64,000 bases of DNA from assembly GCA_010909165.1 (NCBI GenBank), contig VJWM01000203.1:186001-250000 (forward strand). The letters are read 5' to 3'. Positions 1 through 12,278 of this stretch are shown piece after piece; position 1 is the first letter of the stretch; each line of letters opens with the position of its first letter. Under the pieces are notes generated by a model. The model was given only the letters and a program-made list of their open reading frames with translations, ran no database searches and was not told the DNA's origin. This stretch comes from Anthoceros angustus. Lineage: Eukaryota > Plantae > Anthocerotophyta. The translations under genes were made by a program, and so were the position numbers.

Positions 1-229
1 CTAATATGCTCCGCTTAAGGCGTGTTAGGATACATGACCCTTTCGTTAGGGTTATGTATGTAATAAACGCATCACCGTTAGTTGCCTAGTAGGTAGGTTA
101 TAGTGAAGAGACATGACTCTGGATATTCTCAGACAAACACCACGCGTTCAATTGATTATCTTTACTTTTGGCAATTCCGTGTGTGTTCATGTCTTAGCAC
201 ACATGCCTTATGTAATTTTGACACTTCGA

Positions 230-3200
230 ACCCTGGATGGCGGAGGCAGAGGACCTGGTGGAGAAATGGCACCTCGACGTCTTTAAGGAGGTGTGGACAT
301 TTGACAGCATCGCATTTGTCAGGGAATACGCCCGGAAGATGTTGGCAGCGGCCAACAAGGAGGTCCGATCCAAGAACCTCCGGGAGGATCCTAGGAGGTG
401 GACCTTGAGGTCCTCGAGGCGCTTTCATAACCGCCAAAGATAAGAAATTGGGGCGAGTCCTGAGCCCTCAAGGCAAGAGGAAGATAAGCGGTAAAGGCTA
501 ATGTTGGCCGGACGCAGCGAACAACCAACGCTGGCGGTCGACGGATGAGGAGAGCAGTGCCGTGGATCATTGTCCAGCGCTTCACCAAGCAGATCACCTT
601 GGACAATTTATTGGTGTTCTCGCATGGCCGCAATGGGCAAGAGGGCCGACTGGGAGGATCATCTCGCCTAGCTTCACCCGAGGCTCACAAGCCGAGAGCG
701 AGAAGCCACCTCCGTGACTATCCCATATCTCGATCCATGTGTGGGACACTGGCAACCTCCTCAAGGAGGGGAAGAGCGCGCCCGGAAGGGGTCAAGGCCC
801 TACCGAAGCGGAGCTGCAAAGGCGCCAGGAGGAGGCCCACCCCCGAGACCTATCTCAGACCAAATCTGGTCCGGGAGAGGACGACTGAGGATTCCGACTC
901 ATATCGTTCGAACTACCTCACCACCTAGGGAAGTGTGGAAGATATCCCCGCTCCTCCTGGCGCCCCCACCCGGCCAGCAGGCAAAGACAGAGGCGGCCCT
1001 GTATGAGTCACGCTCCGGGCCCGATGGCTCCGGCATCAAACAGCCACCACGATCACCAGGCCCCGAGGCCTGACTCGACCTCGGGGACCAAGAGGAAGAT
1101 GGTGCCACTACCAACGCAAAGCACCTGGACGGCTACTGGGCTCGCCAACGGAGGGCGGTGGAGGCGAGGAGGCGTGAGAAGGGCGGAAAGGGACGCCGCC
1201 CTAAGGACCGAGAGGCCAGCAGCACTCCCCACCCGGAGCCGGGTCCTGCCTCCGGGACCGAGAGGCAAGAGGGTGGGCCCCGAACCCCTCACCCTCCGAG
1301 CTCCTGTGGAGAAAGACGGCTAACAAGGAATTAGGCCAAACCCCAAGGCGAATGGACTCACAGAGAAAGCTAATGGATTGCTTTTGCGGATCCTCAACAA
1401 GTTGACCATCACACACTTACGATTGGGACCGAAGCTTCACTCAGGCGCTAGGGCGACAGCATAATGGGAGAAGGTGACCACACAACAGATTCCCCCTACT
1501 ACCTCACCTATGGGCACTCACAGTCATGCCCATTGAGTTTGAAGTGCCAACGTTGAGAGTCCAGAGCATAAGAGGATGACGGTGGAGGAGAGCCATTGAG
1601 AGGCTCATAGGCTTTGTTCAGGTGAGAATAGGGAACAAGCCTTGGGCCCCACGTAACGCCCAAGAGAAGAGGAAGGAATGGCATGACCTAAGTTGCAAAA
1701 ACAAGAGTACGTTGTTCGGGACTTGGCGTTCTTTGTATGACAAGTACATGCACTTCGAAGTCGATCTTAGATGGATGGGTCCCTGCTGTGGTGCCGCAAG
1801 TTCGACAATGGATCCATACACGCAAAGAACTTGATGGACTGCTACAACCGGGGTCAATGGTTGGCGTGAAGAAGTATTAATAAGTTGGCGGGGCCAACAA
1901 ATGAGAAGGGAGTATGTGGTGACCACATGGGTACTCGAGACCCCCTCGAAAGGAGTGTTTTTGTTTTGTGTTTAAGTTGTGAGAATCGTGTGGAGTTGGA
2001 ATGTGAAGTAGGTTAGGAAATAAGAAAAGTCTACTAGAGCCTAGTAGGAGGAAGAGTCTAGTCCCGATCGGATGTAACCTGAGGGTTTCGCCGATCTGTT
2101 AACGCGGTGCTAGGCCGCTACAGACTGTTGTTATGATGAACCGACTCGGAGCCTGCTATGGTAGCAACCAAGTCGGAGTTATTTTCCGATAAATTGGAAA
2201 ACCAATTGGCGAAATCATTGGAAATACCCGAACGGAAGTAACGGGGGTCCTATTAGCAATTAAGTCCAGTGGAGGAATAATATTTGCGAACCGGCAAGGC
2301 GGAGACACCGCTCAAGCTCGAGCGTGACCGTGGAGGCGGAGGAAACGCGACACAAGGCGGTCACAATGAGTCGCGAGCGCGACGAGCCAAGAAGGCCGAA
2401 TCGGAATGGCAGTCCGGGGATGCGCGGATCAAGCGGTGGAAGCTGAGGCCGAAGGTGACGACAGGCTACGTAGGAGGAGCCGAGGCGAACGACGGTGAGG
2501 AAGCTCGGGCGTGGCGGGAAGCAAGCAGGCCGGGCGCTGGCCAGAAATCTCGCCCAACAGGAGTGGGAATAATCGGGCCGAGCAGCTCTGAGGCGGGGCG
2601 CGCGGGGCCGGTACTGCAAGAAATCGAGGAGAGCAGGCATAGGGTAAGTGAGGGGCCGAGGAATTGCCAGGAAGAGGGTGGCACGGCGTTGCACGCACCG
2701 GGAGCTGACAAAGGGTGGTGACGGCGCACAGGGGTCACCGCTCAACCGTGGTTGCGGCAGGATACACCCCGGACCTCACATATTTGAGGTAGGAAGGCGG
2801 GCTTGAGCGAGCAAAGTGCATGTTGACATGAGGAGAAGGCTTGTGGGAAGTGGTGCTAAGTCGACATGAAAACGCCGACGGGTGTCCAGATAGGGTGGTC
2901 GCGCTGTGTTGTGGGACACAGATACCAAGCCGAGGCAAGGAAAGGCCGAGAGCCGTGATGTGGAGGGAGATTGGTGATTCCATGAGAAAATCCGGGCACT
3001 CGCCACTGTGGATGGGTACGAGGAGCCGAGCGCAACTCAGGGATCCTCCACAGGCTAAGAAGAAATTTGTGGAGGAGTCGACCGAAAGGCCGACACATGT
3101 AAGGCTTGTGGGAAGTGGTGCGTGTGTAGGGACACTTTGCCTGTGAACTCAGCCGCCACAGGAAGCATGGCCTAAGAAGAACACTCCGGTGGCCATTGAG

Positions 3201-6200
3201 GCCATTACCCCAAAGGGCCCAACATGGGGCAATCGGAGAGTGAAAGCGGTTCTTTGGTGGCTAAGCATCACTTGTCCTTCATGGACAAAAGTGGTGCTAC
3301 AAGAGCTGTTTGGTTCTGGAATGTGCAGACACATGAGGAGAAGGCCATGTGGGAAGGCAACACGAGAACCAACCCCGCATGGAATATTCGATTGTTCCAG
3401 TCATGATGAGGCCTCAAGAGGAATGTGGTGGAATAATCATTGATCCTTTCGAAGCCATCTCCCAAAAATTGCAGGAGGCATGTCGCCATTGCTCCCACAT
3501 TGTCTAGGGTGGAGAATGGGTGGGTCACCAACAAGTTAGACCCCGAGCTGGCCGGATTAGCCAAGTGGATCCTGTGCTCTCCTCACTAAGAAGCTAGAGC
3601 ACATTCGACCATTTTCTTGTCTTCTATGAGGTGGTGAGAGGGTCCAAGATAGATTGGGCTAGGATGTTCTATGACACAAGATGCGGAGAGGGACCACTTG
3701 ACCCTACCATCACCCAGCCCTCACCCTATCTCCTTCTTAATCCACGTTTTGACCATGCCAAGTTCTTTGGAGGGATAGAGATGGTCTCGACCTTCCATGC
3801 CCGGAGGCCGTGTTTGAAAGAAGGAAGCCCAAAGAGGAGTCGGAGGAAGAGGCCATCTCTCTGGGGGAGTGAAGATGAGAAGTCCAAGTGTCCATGAAGA
3901 GGAATGTGGCGGTTGCTAAGGTATCACGCGGTTGCTAACAAAGCAAGCTGGAGTTGCTAAGACCCAACAGCACCAAGAGAGGTCGGCCGAGCAACAGGGA
4001 CTCCAACCACTCCTAGAGCCACAAGAGCACGACCGGGAACTCACCCGGATGAGGATAAAAGGAAAGGCCAGGCGCACCGCTGCAGAGCCCGTGGCCGGGA
4101 AACCACAGTCAGGAGGAATCGGCCCAACCTTGGGCACGGCCGATCCGAGAAGTCACACTGCTCAAGGTGACCCTCAAGTATACCGGAAGTGGTGGCGGGG
4201 GAGTCGATTCGCGAGATAGGAAGGAGGAACCCATCCCCAGTAAGGTTTGGGGGACTAACATCACCCTGCCAGAGCTGGTCTCAGCTATGGCACGCACTAG
4301 GGGTGAGATGGAGGACCAGATAGCTCTGGTCCTCTCCTTGTTAGGTTTACAGCGCATAGGGGAACAACAGGGGAGCATGAAGGAGCTCCGTGGAATGAAG
4401 CGAGAAGGAGGTCTTGGAGGGACGCCTAGGTAGCATGGAAGTGGAAATAAGGAAGGTCCGAGAGTTGCAGAAGACCAAGGATCGTGGAAACCCTCATGGT
4501 TCACTGACGCACAAAGCACCATAGGGGAGCCGCACGTCATCTCGATGCGCAAGTTCAGCCGAAACTGGATGCCTACCGGCGCCACAAGAAGGAGAGGGAC
4601 GAGGCAAGGAAAGGTTGGAAGAGGCCAAGAGGGCCGGGATTGCAAGGAGAGCCACCGTGGAAGATGCGGAGCTCCATGGAAGAATCATTCTTGAGTTAGC
4701 AGTAGGAGGTTGCTAAGCAAGCAACCGCCGTGCTAAGGAAGCCTGCACTGCTGCTAAGGAAGCAACAACTCACTGCTAAGGAAGCAACAACTCCAAGACA
4801 GCTACAAGGAAGAAGGGGCAACAAGACCGTGAGGAGGACAAGCAGGCCGGGAGGCGGGTAAGCACCGCCTAAGAAGTCTAACTTCCCAATGGTGCATTAG
4901 ATTGAGGATGCTTATCAAGATAACCATGTGCAGATTCTCCTTGGAGGAGAGAAGATTGTCTCCGAAAGTTTATGTTGTTGTGGGCACGGGGGACATGGAG
5001 GTACTTGATCCATGCCTTGACGGCACCGGATCCTACCTATGGGTTGGATTCTTAGGAGGAAACTCTCACCGACCCATCCGAGTTCAAGAGCTCAGGAGGA
5101 GTACTGCATGCGAGCACAAGAGAGAGGAGTCCAGCTGAGGAGGTGGAGATTTTATGGGAGAGATTGCCCAACCAGCCAAGAGGGAGGAGAGCAAGAGGAG
5201 AACATGGGGCTAGGCGGCCTAGGAGGCCGGGAGGTAATAGGGGTAAGTGGCCCTCAAATAGCTAAAGGCCCATGTGTTATAGTAAATCTTATCCTCTCAT
5301 AGTGGATGAATTGAGATAGGCCTCTAGGATTGGTAGGCTAAGACCGATTGGTTTTTTGCAAGCCGCTTTTGTAATGATCTTGGGTATAAGGCGCCCTCTT
5401 GATGAAATGTAAGCAATGTTGGCCTAAGTCTCGGTGTTTGGGGGTGAGCACGGGGTTTGGGGGGGTTCCAGATCCAAAGGTGTAAGTCTAGGCACCGCTC
5501 TCCGGAGGAGCCGAGAAGACTACCAAGTTGCCCGGATCTGTGGCGGATCCGCAAGAGTGGTGGAAAGCAAGGGAGGAGCCTTGTGGTCTCCTTGGAGGGA
5601 GTCCTCAAGGTCAAGAGGAAGGGGTTGTGAAGCCGGGAGGCCGTCCTCCTTACTCATTCTCTGCAGCTTGTCTAGTACTCACCTTGTGTTTAAGTTTTGT
5701 GAGTGTCAAGGTCGTGGGAAGAGAAGACAAGGCGGGGAGCCTGTGTGGAAGAGGAAGGAAGTCAAGTGAGTTGGAGGCCTGTGGGCTTGTGTTTGGAAAA
5801 TGAGAGGAAAAGTGAACCGTGAGAGAAGTGGAGAATGCCGGACATGGAGAGTTCTTGATTGGCTGTTTGAGAGGAGTAAGAAGGACCGGAGAAGTCTCGT
5901 GATGGTTTGTGTTGCTGAAGAAGAGAGTGAGTGGAGGTTGAAGATCCGTGAGTGGACGAGATTAAGTCATAAGATAGAACAAGTATTTTGAGAGTTGGTG
6001 AAGTGTTGTAAGGGCCTGGATGAGAACCTTGTAAGGACCGGGAGGTACTGGAGTCTGAAAGTGAGATTGAATGGGGCAAGAGGTGTGAGAACAAGGAAAA
6101 GTTGAGTTGTCAAGAAACTTGGAGAATGTGGGAGGTGAGCCTCAAGGTGTGAGAGCGGAGAGTTTGTATGAGGAAAGCTGAAAGGTTGGAGGAGAGAAAA

Positions 6201-6570
6201 GGAGTCTCAAGAAGTACAAGAGTAAGGGGTTGAGTGCAACCCCGATTGGTGGATCTGACTTTGTAGGAAGATAAGAGAGAGGGTGTCCAACCTTATCCAC
6301 TTGGATCCCAAGTGGGTCCCAACTGCTATTAATAGCTGTGCCCGATCCAAGGTGGACCCCACTGCTAAAAATAGAGGGTGGTTGCTAAGATAACTGGTCT
6401 CATCTGCTAGGGTAGCAACAGGTCGTGTGGCTAAGATAGCTGTGTCCGGTGGTAGCCCTCGTCCAGAATCGCTAGGTGTTTGTGTCCTGTTTGTATTGGA
6501 TTGGCTATGTTTGGTTGTCTTGACACGAAATCACTCCCTTGGGTACGAATCTCAAGTCTACAACGATAAA
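230..6570 (+). mobile_element. Degenerate Ty3/Gypsy (non-chromoviral, Athila/Tat-like) LTR retrotransposon: RNase H-integrase remnants, long 3' extra region and probable 3' LTR
   Basis: Integrase core motif PKANGLTEKANGLLLRILNKLT reads from 1342. It is followed by frameshifted WD...YYLTYG...MPIEFEVPTLRV and a GPY/F-like RWMGP...VNGWR (~1420-1870). An RNase H-like remnant at ~530-740 precedes the integrase, which is the Gypsy order. Many stops and frameshifts; boundaries approximate. Confidence 0.75.
5273..6570 (+). repeat. Putative 3' LTR of the Gypsy element
   Basis: Follows a purine-rich tract (~5178-5203), starts TG, is GA-rich and non-coding, and has internal sub-repeats (gatcc-aag-tgg-ccc-actgcta twice at ~6304-6368). 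The partner LTR is not in the window, so the ends are uncertain. Confidence 0.35.
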
Positions 6571-7032
6571 GAGGATAAATGTGGCCTCTTTGTGACCACT
6601 TGGTTTAGAATACCACTCCACAGTAGCCTCAGCAGCTTTAGTCACACGAACCTGAACCTATCCTCCATCTGCCTCACAGCAGCGTCGGGACAGCCCACAA
6701 ATGTGCACTGTTTGTTTTTCCAGCATATGCTCAGATCCTCTGCACCATCTGCACACAAAATCTGTGAGACATTTAGTGAACTATGCCCGGATGAAGCTAC
6801 ACATCAGAATCTTGTCGGGCGTTAGTCTCACTTTCACTATCTTCAGGAAGCGGTATCAAACAGGCATTTTGGAAGGCACGAAGCAGTTCTGCATGCGTCA
6901 TGGATGAGCCCTTGCAGGCGTGAGTCAGCTAAGTTTTCCTTCTTTTCACACATGTTTAGCTCCGCTCACAGTGATCCTCTCTCAATGTTTTTTTGGTCGC
7001 GGATACTTTCTCTTCCTGTGACGGGCGTGTAA

Positions 7033-8317
7033 TGCGTTTGGTCCTTGGGGATTTAGCATCCATGCAGCTATGAGAATAAAGAATGATCGGCTTGAGAGCG
7101 TGCACGATTTACGCCTCATGCCAGAGCAAAGAAGTCAATACGTTTACTTTCGATTACGTGTCTCACGAGGGTGTTAAGATATGAATCGTTATCCATATAA
7201 GCAGCCCTAACTTATAATCGAGTTATGAAACGGGGCATTCGAGAAACGGTTACAACTTCTTTTGGACATGACCATCTTTCTTGATCTTAATTGAACATTC
7301 GCTTGTGAGCACCTTGCCTCTCCTCGTCCGGTCTTGTGTTTGTGTGGACGCTCTTTAAAAAATAAAGAATTGTATAGCGTTTCATTGTAATATTTTAGTG
7401 AAATATGTTATGAAATGCGCATTAATTTTCAAGGGGTCTTTTTCTTGTAGTGACAAGGACTTAAATGACCTCTTGTTATCCAAGATGCTCGTCTCAACCC
7501 AAGAGAGCCCTTTTTGGGTTGTTCCTCCTCGGGGGTAGGGGTGATGATTCATCTCGCCTATTAATAACATCTACTCTTCTTTACCCAAGAGAGAAAATGG
7601 CATATGATTCTCTCCTCTTTCTACGGAGGAGATGACGGTAACCAGATGAAGCCGGATTATAGAGACGCTGCGTTTGGTCCTTGGGGATTTAGCATCCATG
7701 CAGCTATGAGAACGGCATCGCCGAGGCGTGTCGATTTACGCCTCGCGCTCGAGGCGGCGAAGTCAATACGTTTTTCATTTCGATTACAGGTTCGGCCTGA
7801 GAGGGGGTGTTAAGATATGAATCGTTATCCATATAAGCAGCCCTAACTTATAATCGAGTTATGAAACGGGGCATTCGAGAAACGGTTACAACTTCTTTTG
7901 GACATGACCATCTTTCTTGATCTTAATTGAACATTCGCTTGTGAGCACCTTGCCTCTCCTCGTCCGGTCTTGTGTTTGTGTGGACGCTCTTTAAAAAATA
8001 AAGAATTGTATAGCGTTTCATTGTAATATTTTAGTGAAATATGTTATGAAATGCGCATTAATTTTCAAGGGGTCTTTTTCTTGTAGTGACAAGGACTTAA
8101 ATGACCTCTTGTTATCCAAGATGCTCGTCTCAACCCAAGAGAGCCCTTTTTGGGTTGTTCCTCCTCGGACGTCAGGGGTAGATGGGATTCCCCATCTCGC
8201 CTATTAATAACATCTACTCTTCTCTTTACCCAAGAGAGAAAATGGCATATGATTCTCTCCTCTTTCTACGGGAGGAGATGACGATGACAACGAGATGAAG
8301 CCGGATTATAGAGACGC
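7033..8317. repeat. Tandem duplication of a ~640 bp non-coding unit (7033-7668 and 7669-8317)
   Basis: Both copies start tgcgtttggtccttggggatttagc and end gccggattatagagacgc. The central ~400 bp looks essentially identical by eye. Confidence 0.92.
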
Positions 8318-8465
8318 GTGGCTGGAGGTGCATGTAGGAGGACGAGGAGGGTGCTACATACATGGACTTGGAATGCCTTTTGGGTAGGTGCATGAGGAGC
8401 TTGCTACATGCATGGACGTGGGCGCGCATTTTTGTAGAGGCGTATTTATTGGTGGTAGGAATCGG

Positions 8466-8517
8466 GACTGCAGGACGTAGTGGGGTTACTTGACTGCAGG
8501 ACGTAGTGGGGTTACTT
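8466..8517. repeat. 26 bp perfect tandem duplication
   Basis: gactgcaggacgtagtggggttactt occurs twice in tandem. Confidence 0.9.
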
Positions 8518-9591
8518 TTCTGTGAAACGCTTCAGCATGGAACAAATTGGCCAAAGACAAACCAACAACTTTTAAGTAATCAGACCGGTGAACAACAAAC
8601 TTCAGGTGAGGCCGAGTGTTACTTAGCGTTTTTGAGCTCTGGTAGTGGCCGTTGTCACGAAAGGTGTCGCTAGACCTCAGCATTCATGTTTTGAATTTTC
8701 ATTCAAGTCTTGTTTATAAGAGGTTGGTCCCAGGGTTTCGGTTGGCTAATAAGCTTCCCTTGTCAAAACCATCTTTATTTATTGTTATCTCATTAGTTGT
8801 ATACAGGGTTTATACCTACTTTGGTTGGGGGTGGGTGTGGTTATGAAGCATCGGGTAATGTGTAGCAATGTTGGCAAGCCGCTCTTCATAATGGTGATTG
8901 TTAGGAGGGCTTGTTAAAGGCTGTCGGGGAAGGGGTTTTTGGATGGTGTTCTCCCGGAGCTAGGCATAAAAGTGAACACATATTTTTTTACTACTCTCTT
9001 GCCTAGGTAGTTTCCAAGCCATATTTACTCGACCGAGAAGGCTCGCTTTGCGTTCAAATTTGGTGTTTTCTCGTATGTAGCTTTGTTGTATTGATGGAGT
9101 ACATGACAAGATTTTTTTGGTTTAAGAAGTAGTGGCCTATTTGGTTGGCTGGTGTTGTATTTTATGTGAGGCGACATAGGGCTGCGCTCATTTTACTGTA
9201 CCCTTGGGGTTTCCCTTTGATCTCTTTATTAGATGGGTTCACCCCATCTCCTCTCACAATTAAGAACTTGTTAGATACCTGTATAAGAAAAGACTGACTA
9301 GGAACCCTAAACAGAACCCACCCCAGCCATACGTTAAAGTGGAAAGCCCTGAGTGCGAAGGATTGGAAGTAGTCAGGCGAATTGTTACGTGAAAGGGGGA
9401 CCTGGGACCTGGACCTGGACCTCCTCCACCTGCGGGCAACCATCGGTGCATGCGGTGAATGGCTAAAGTGTGTTTGGCATGGCTGGTCACCTGTTGAATC
9501 GAATTTGTGAGTTGAAGGTGGTGATCGGCGCTGTTGCTCGAAGTATACTGAGAGTGGTGTGATTGCTGTAGAAGCACAAGACACAAAAGGA

Positions 9592-9637
9592 GCAGCAGCA
9601 CCATCAGCAGCAGCAAGAGCCGCAGCAGTAGCAGCAG
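9592..9637 (+). repeat. Imperfect (GCA)n microsatellite in the probable 5' leader of the RING gene
   Basis: gcagcagcaccatcagcagcagcaagagccgcagcagtagcagcag. Confidence 0.7.
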
Positions 9638-9862
9638 TAACAGAAGAAGAAGGAGACGAAGACAGGAGAGGCAGCGGAGATAGAAGGGAACGGCTGGTGG
9701 GGAAGTTCGTAGTAGGAAGGAATGATCTGTGGCAGCAAGTGCATCAGCCATCTTTGAGCCTGCTGCCACTGACAACCTTGTGCAGCAGTGACCAGGGTTG
9801 CTTATTACGACCAGAGCTTGTGTTGTGGCGGCAAGGGAGAGGCGTTTTGGCGTGTGGCCCAA

Positions 9863-11140
9863 ATGTCTTCTGCGCAAAGCACGTCTTACTGGTGCCATCA
9901 GTGTCGTCGCACCGTCAGGTTAGGGCCTCCCCCTCCAGGGGCGGAGTTGTCTTGTCCCATATGCCATGAGGGCTTTCTGGAGGAGACGGAGAGTGGGGAT
10001 ATGCAACCCGGGCTCGATGTGTATGGCGCCGATCTAGACGGCGGCCCGGGCAGAGCTGATAGTGGGGCAGATCCAGGACGTATGCCAGGGTTGGGGCCCT
10101 TCCATGGGGCGGGACTCAGGGCGAGGGCTCCCCAGGGCGGCCAGCCCGCATTTTTGCAGGTGCTGGAAGCTATGTCCGCTGTCCTGCAGCAGATCCAGCC
10201 CGCCGGCTTCGATGCAGGAGGGCCGGAGGGGAATCCGGGGGCTGGGGATGGGGACAGGGTTAGGCCGGTTGGCCACGGCGTTTTCAACCCAATGCTGCTT
10301 TGGCAAGGGCAGATGCAACACCTTCTTGGCCAGGGGAACGTGGAGATTTTCTTCGACAATGGTGCGGGCGGGCCTCCCAGGCGGCTGCCTGGCAACTTTG
10401 GCGATTATTTTCTCGGCCCAGGCTTGGATCAGCTTATTCAGCAGTTGGCTGAGAATGACCCCAACAGGTATGGTGCACCTCCAGCATCCAAGTCAGCCAT
10501 AGATGCTATGCCTACCATTCAGATTCAAAAGGAGCATGTTGGGACAGATGCTGCTCAGTGTGCAGTTTGCAAGGACGAGTTTGCCCTTGGGTGTGACGTG
10601 AAACAAATGCCCTGCAAGCACATGTACCACGCTGAGTGTATACTGCCCTGGCTCGCCCAGCACAACTCGTGCCCAGTTTGTCGGTATGAGATGCCGACGG
10701 ATGATCCTGATTACAATCAGGCAAGAGCCGCCCAACAGCAAGCTATGGGGCCTGGTACAGCTCCTGGCGGGGAGGGTCTGGCAGCAGGGAATAGTGGTTT
10801 TACATTTCTGAGCGGCCATCCAAGCGGATTTCAGGGGGTGACTTCTGACTCCTCTCAATCTACAGGGGTGGCTGGTGGCGGCCCAGGAGTGTCACCGGGC
10901 ACCAACAGTGGTGGTGGAGCAACAGGAGCAGGTGCAGCCTCCGGCCGGCGCATATCTTTCCATCTCCCCTGGCCTTTCAGGACCTCGCCCCCTACTGAAG
11001 GGGAAGCTGCCAGCTCTAGCAGGGGCAATGGGAACACAGCATCAAGCACTGGCAACTCCGGTGGCAGTGGTCAGACATCCGTACCTGAAGAGCACGATGA
11101 CAGCTTTCTCTCGCGCGCACGGCATGAGGAGCTGGATTGA
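9863..11140 (+). CDS. RING-H2 E3 ubiquitin ligase with N-terminal zinc ribbon (RNF126/RING1/RHC1A-like), intronless, 425 aa
   Basis: First ATG at 9863 (MSSAQSTSYWCHQC...CPICHEGFLEE zinc ribbon). Conserved GDYFLGPGLDQLIQQLAENDPNRYGAPPASKSAI block. RING-H2 CAVCKDEF...MPCKHMYHAECILPWLAQHNSCPVCRYE. Confidence 0.95.
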   Translation: MSSAQSTSYWCHQCRRTVRLGPPPPGAELSCPICHEGFLEETESGDMQPGLDVYGADLDGGPGRADSGADPGRMPGLGPFHGAGLRARAPQGGQPAFLQVLEAMSAVLQQIQPAGFDAGGPEGNPGAGDGDRVRPVGHGVFNPMLLWQGQMQHLLGQGNVEIFFDNGAGGPPRRLPGNFGDYFLGPGLDQLIQQLAENDPNRYGAPPASKSAIDAMPTIQIQKEHVGTDAAQCAVCKDEFALGCDVKQMPCKHMYHAECILPWLAQHNSCPVCRYEMPTDDPDYNQARAAQQQAMGPGTAPGGEGLAAGNSGFTFLSGHPSGFQGVTSDSSQSTGVAGGGPGVSPGTNSGGGATGAGAASGRRISFHLPWPFRTSPPTEGEAASSSRGNGNTASSTGNSGGSGQTSVPEEHDDSFLSRARHEELD

Positions 11141-12278
11141 GGCCAGCTTGTGTTGATTGTACAGCGGCTCTCTCTGCCCCTGCCCTGTCACTGAGCTCCG
11201 GAATGGTAACCTGTGGATCCTGGTTCCACGTTGGAGCCATTTATGTCTGCCAGTGTCACCAGTTCTAGGTTTGCTACACCATCGGAGTGATCCTGTGGAT
11301 TGCGGAGACCGATGGTCGATCCGCGTCGCAGCTGGCTAGGATGTAGCAACTGTTTTTAGCTTATATTGTGAATTGGTTACAAGAGTGAAAACTGGTCAGC
11401 TTAGCCAGTCAGGCTGTGTGCGCAAGTTTGAGGGATCCTGCATCCTATTGATCTTCAAAAGTTTGTCTTTTCACTGCAGCGCAGCATGCAGCCTGTGGCG
11501 AATGCTCTCCTGCTGCAACCATGGGCTGATTGATTCCTGGTCACCTTCACTGTCCGGCCGGGAGTCAGGTGCTATGAGGCTTTGTAACAGGAGGCCGGTG
11601 GCTGTGTTGTGCGATCCGGTCGTAGTAGATTTTGACCAAGGAAGGCGTAGGTAGTAGCTGTACAGTGCTGCGCCTTTGGGAGCGTTTCACCTGGTTCAGG
11701 TGGATGAATCTGAGGGTTAGTACTTAGCCTAGAATCAAAAGGCGTTGGTATCTGCCCTGCCATCTCATTTGCTTGGGAAGCGACATCCATCCCGGAATTT
11801 GCTTCTGGTGTTGTCATGCGTCCTTCACTTAACTTCAGCAAGTCTAAGCTTGGCTTGGACCCAGCGGTTCCATTTCGCCCTTTTCTTTCTATAACCTGAT
11901 ATGCGAAGTAGATTGAGGTGCCTTCTGTCGTTTCTTTTTGTGAGTTGATACCCACCATGCCAGGTAAAGAAGGTTCCCTTTGCTTTGCACAATCCGATGC
12001 CACGATGCTAGTCGCACGCCTGGTAGAAGGGCTGTGTGTAGTATGCATGTAGTATGTATGCATGTGTGTTCAGTCTAAAACATGTCTCCGATCAATTCGT
12101 GTTTGTGCTAAAAACCAGGTTTTTAACTGTATGGTTCTGCTTATTACAAGGTTTCGATAGTTCACGATTGTGACACGAAAAATTCTGTTCTCCATCTGAG
12201 GCCGAAGCCGAAGGCCGTGTTGAAGGAATGGGTCTTTCAGTGGCAGGAGGATTTTCGTCCCCGGCCTCAGCAGCGTAA

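Noticed and set aside
1-221. Possible end of another LTR (...taattttgaca)
   Set aside because: No PBS, partner LTR or TSD visible in the window.
9260-9898. 212 aa minus-strand ORF with poly-Leu 'signal peptide'
   Set aside because: Translation of the (GCA)n microsatellite antisense to the RING gene leader.
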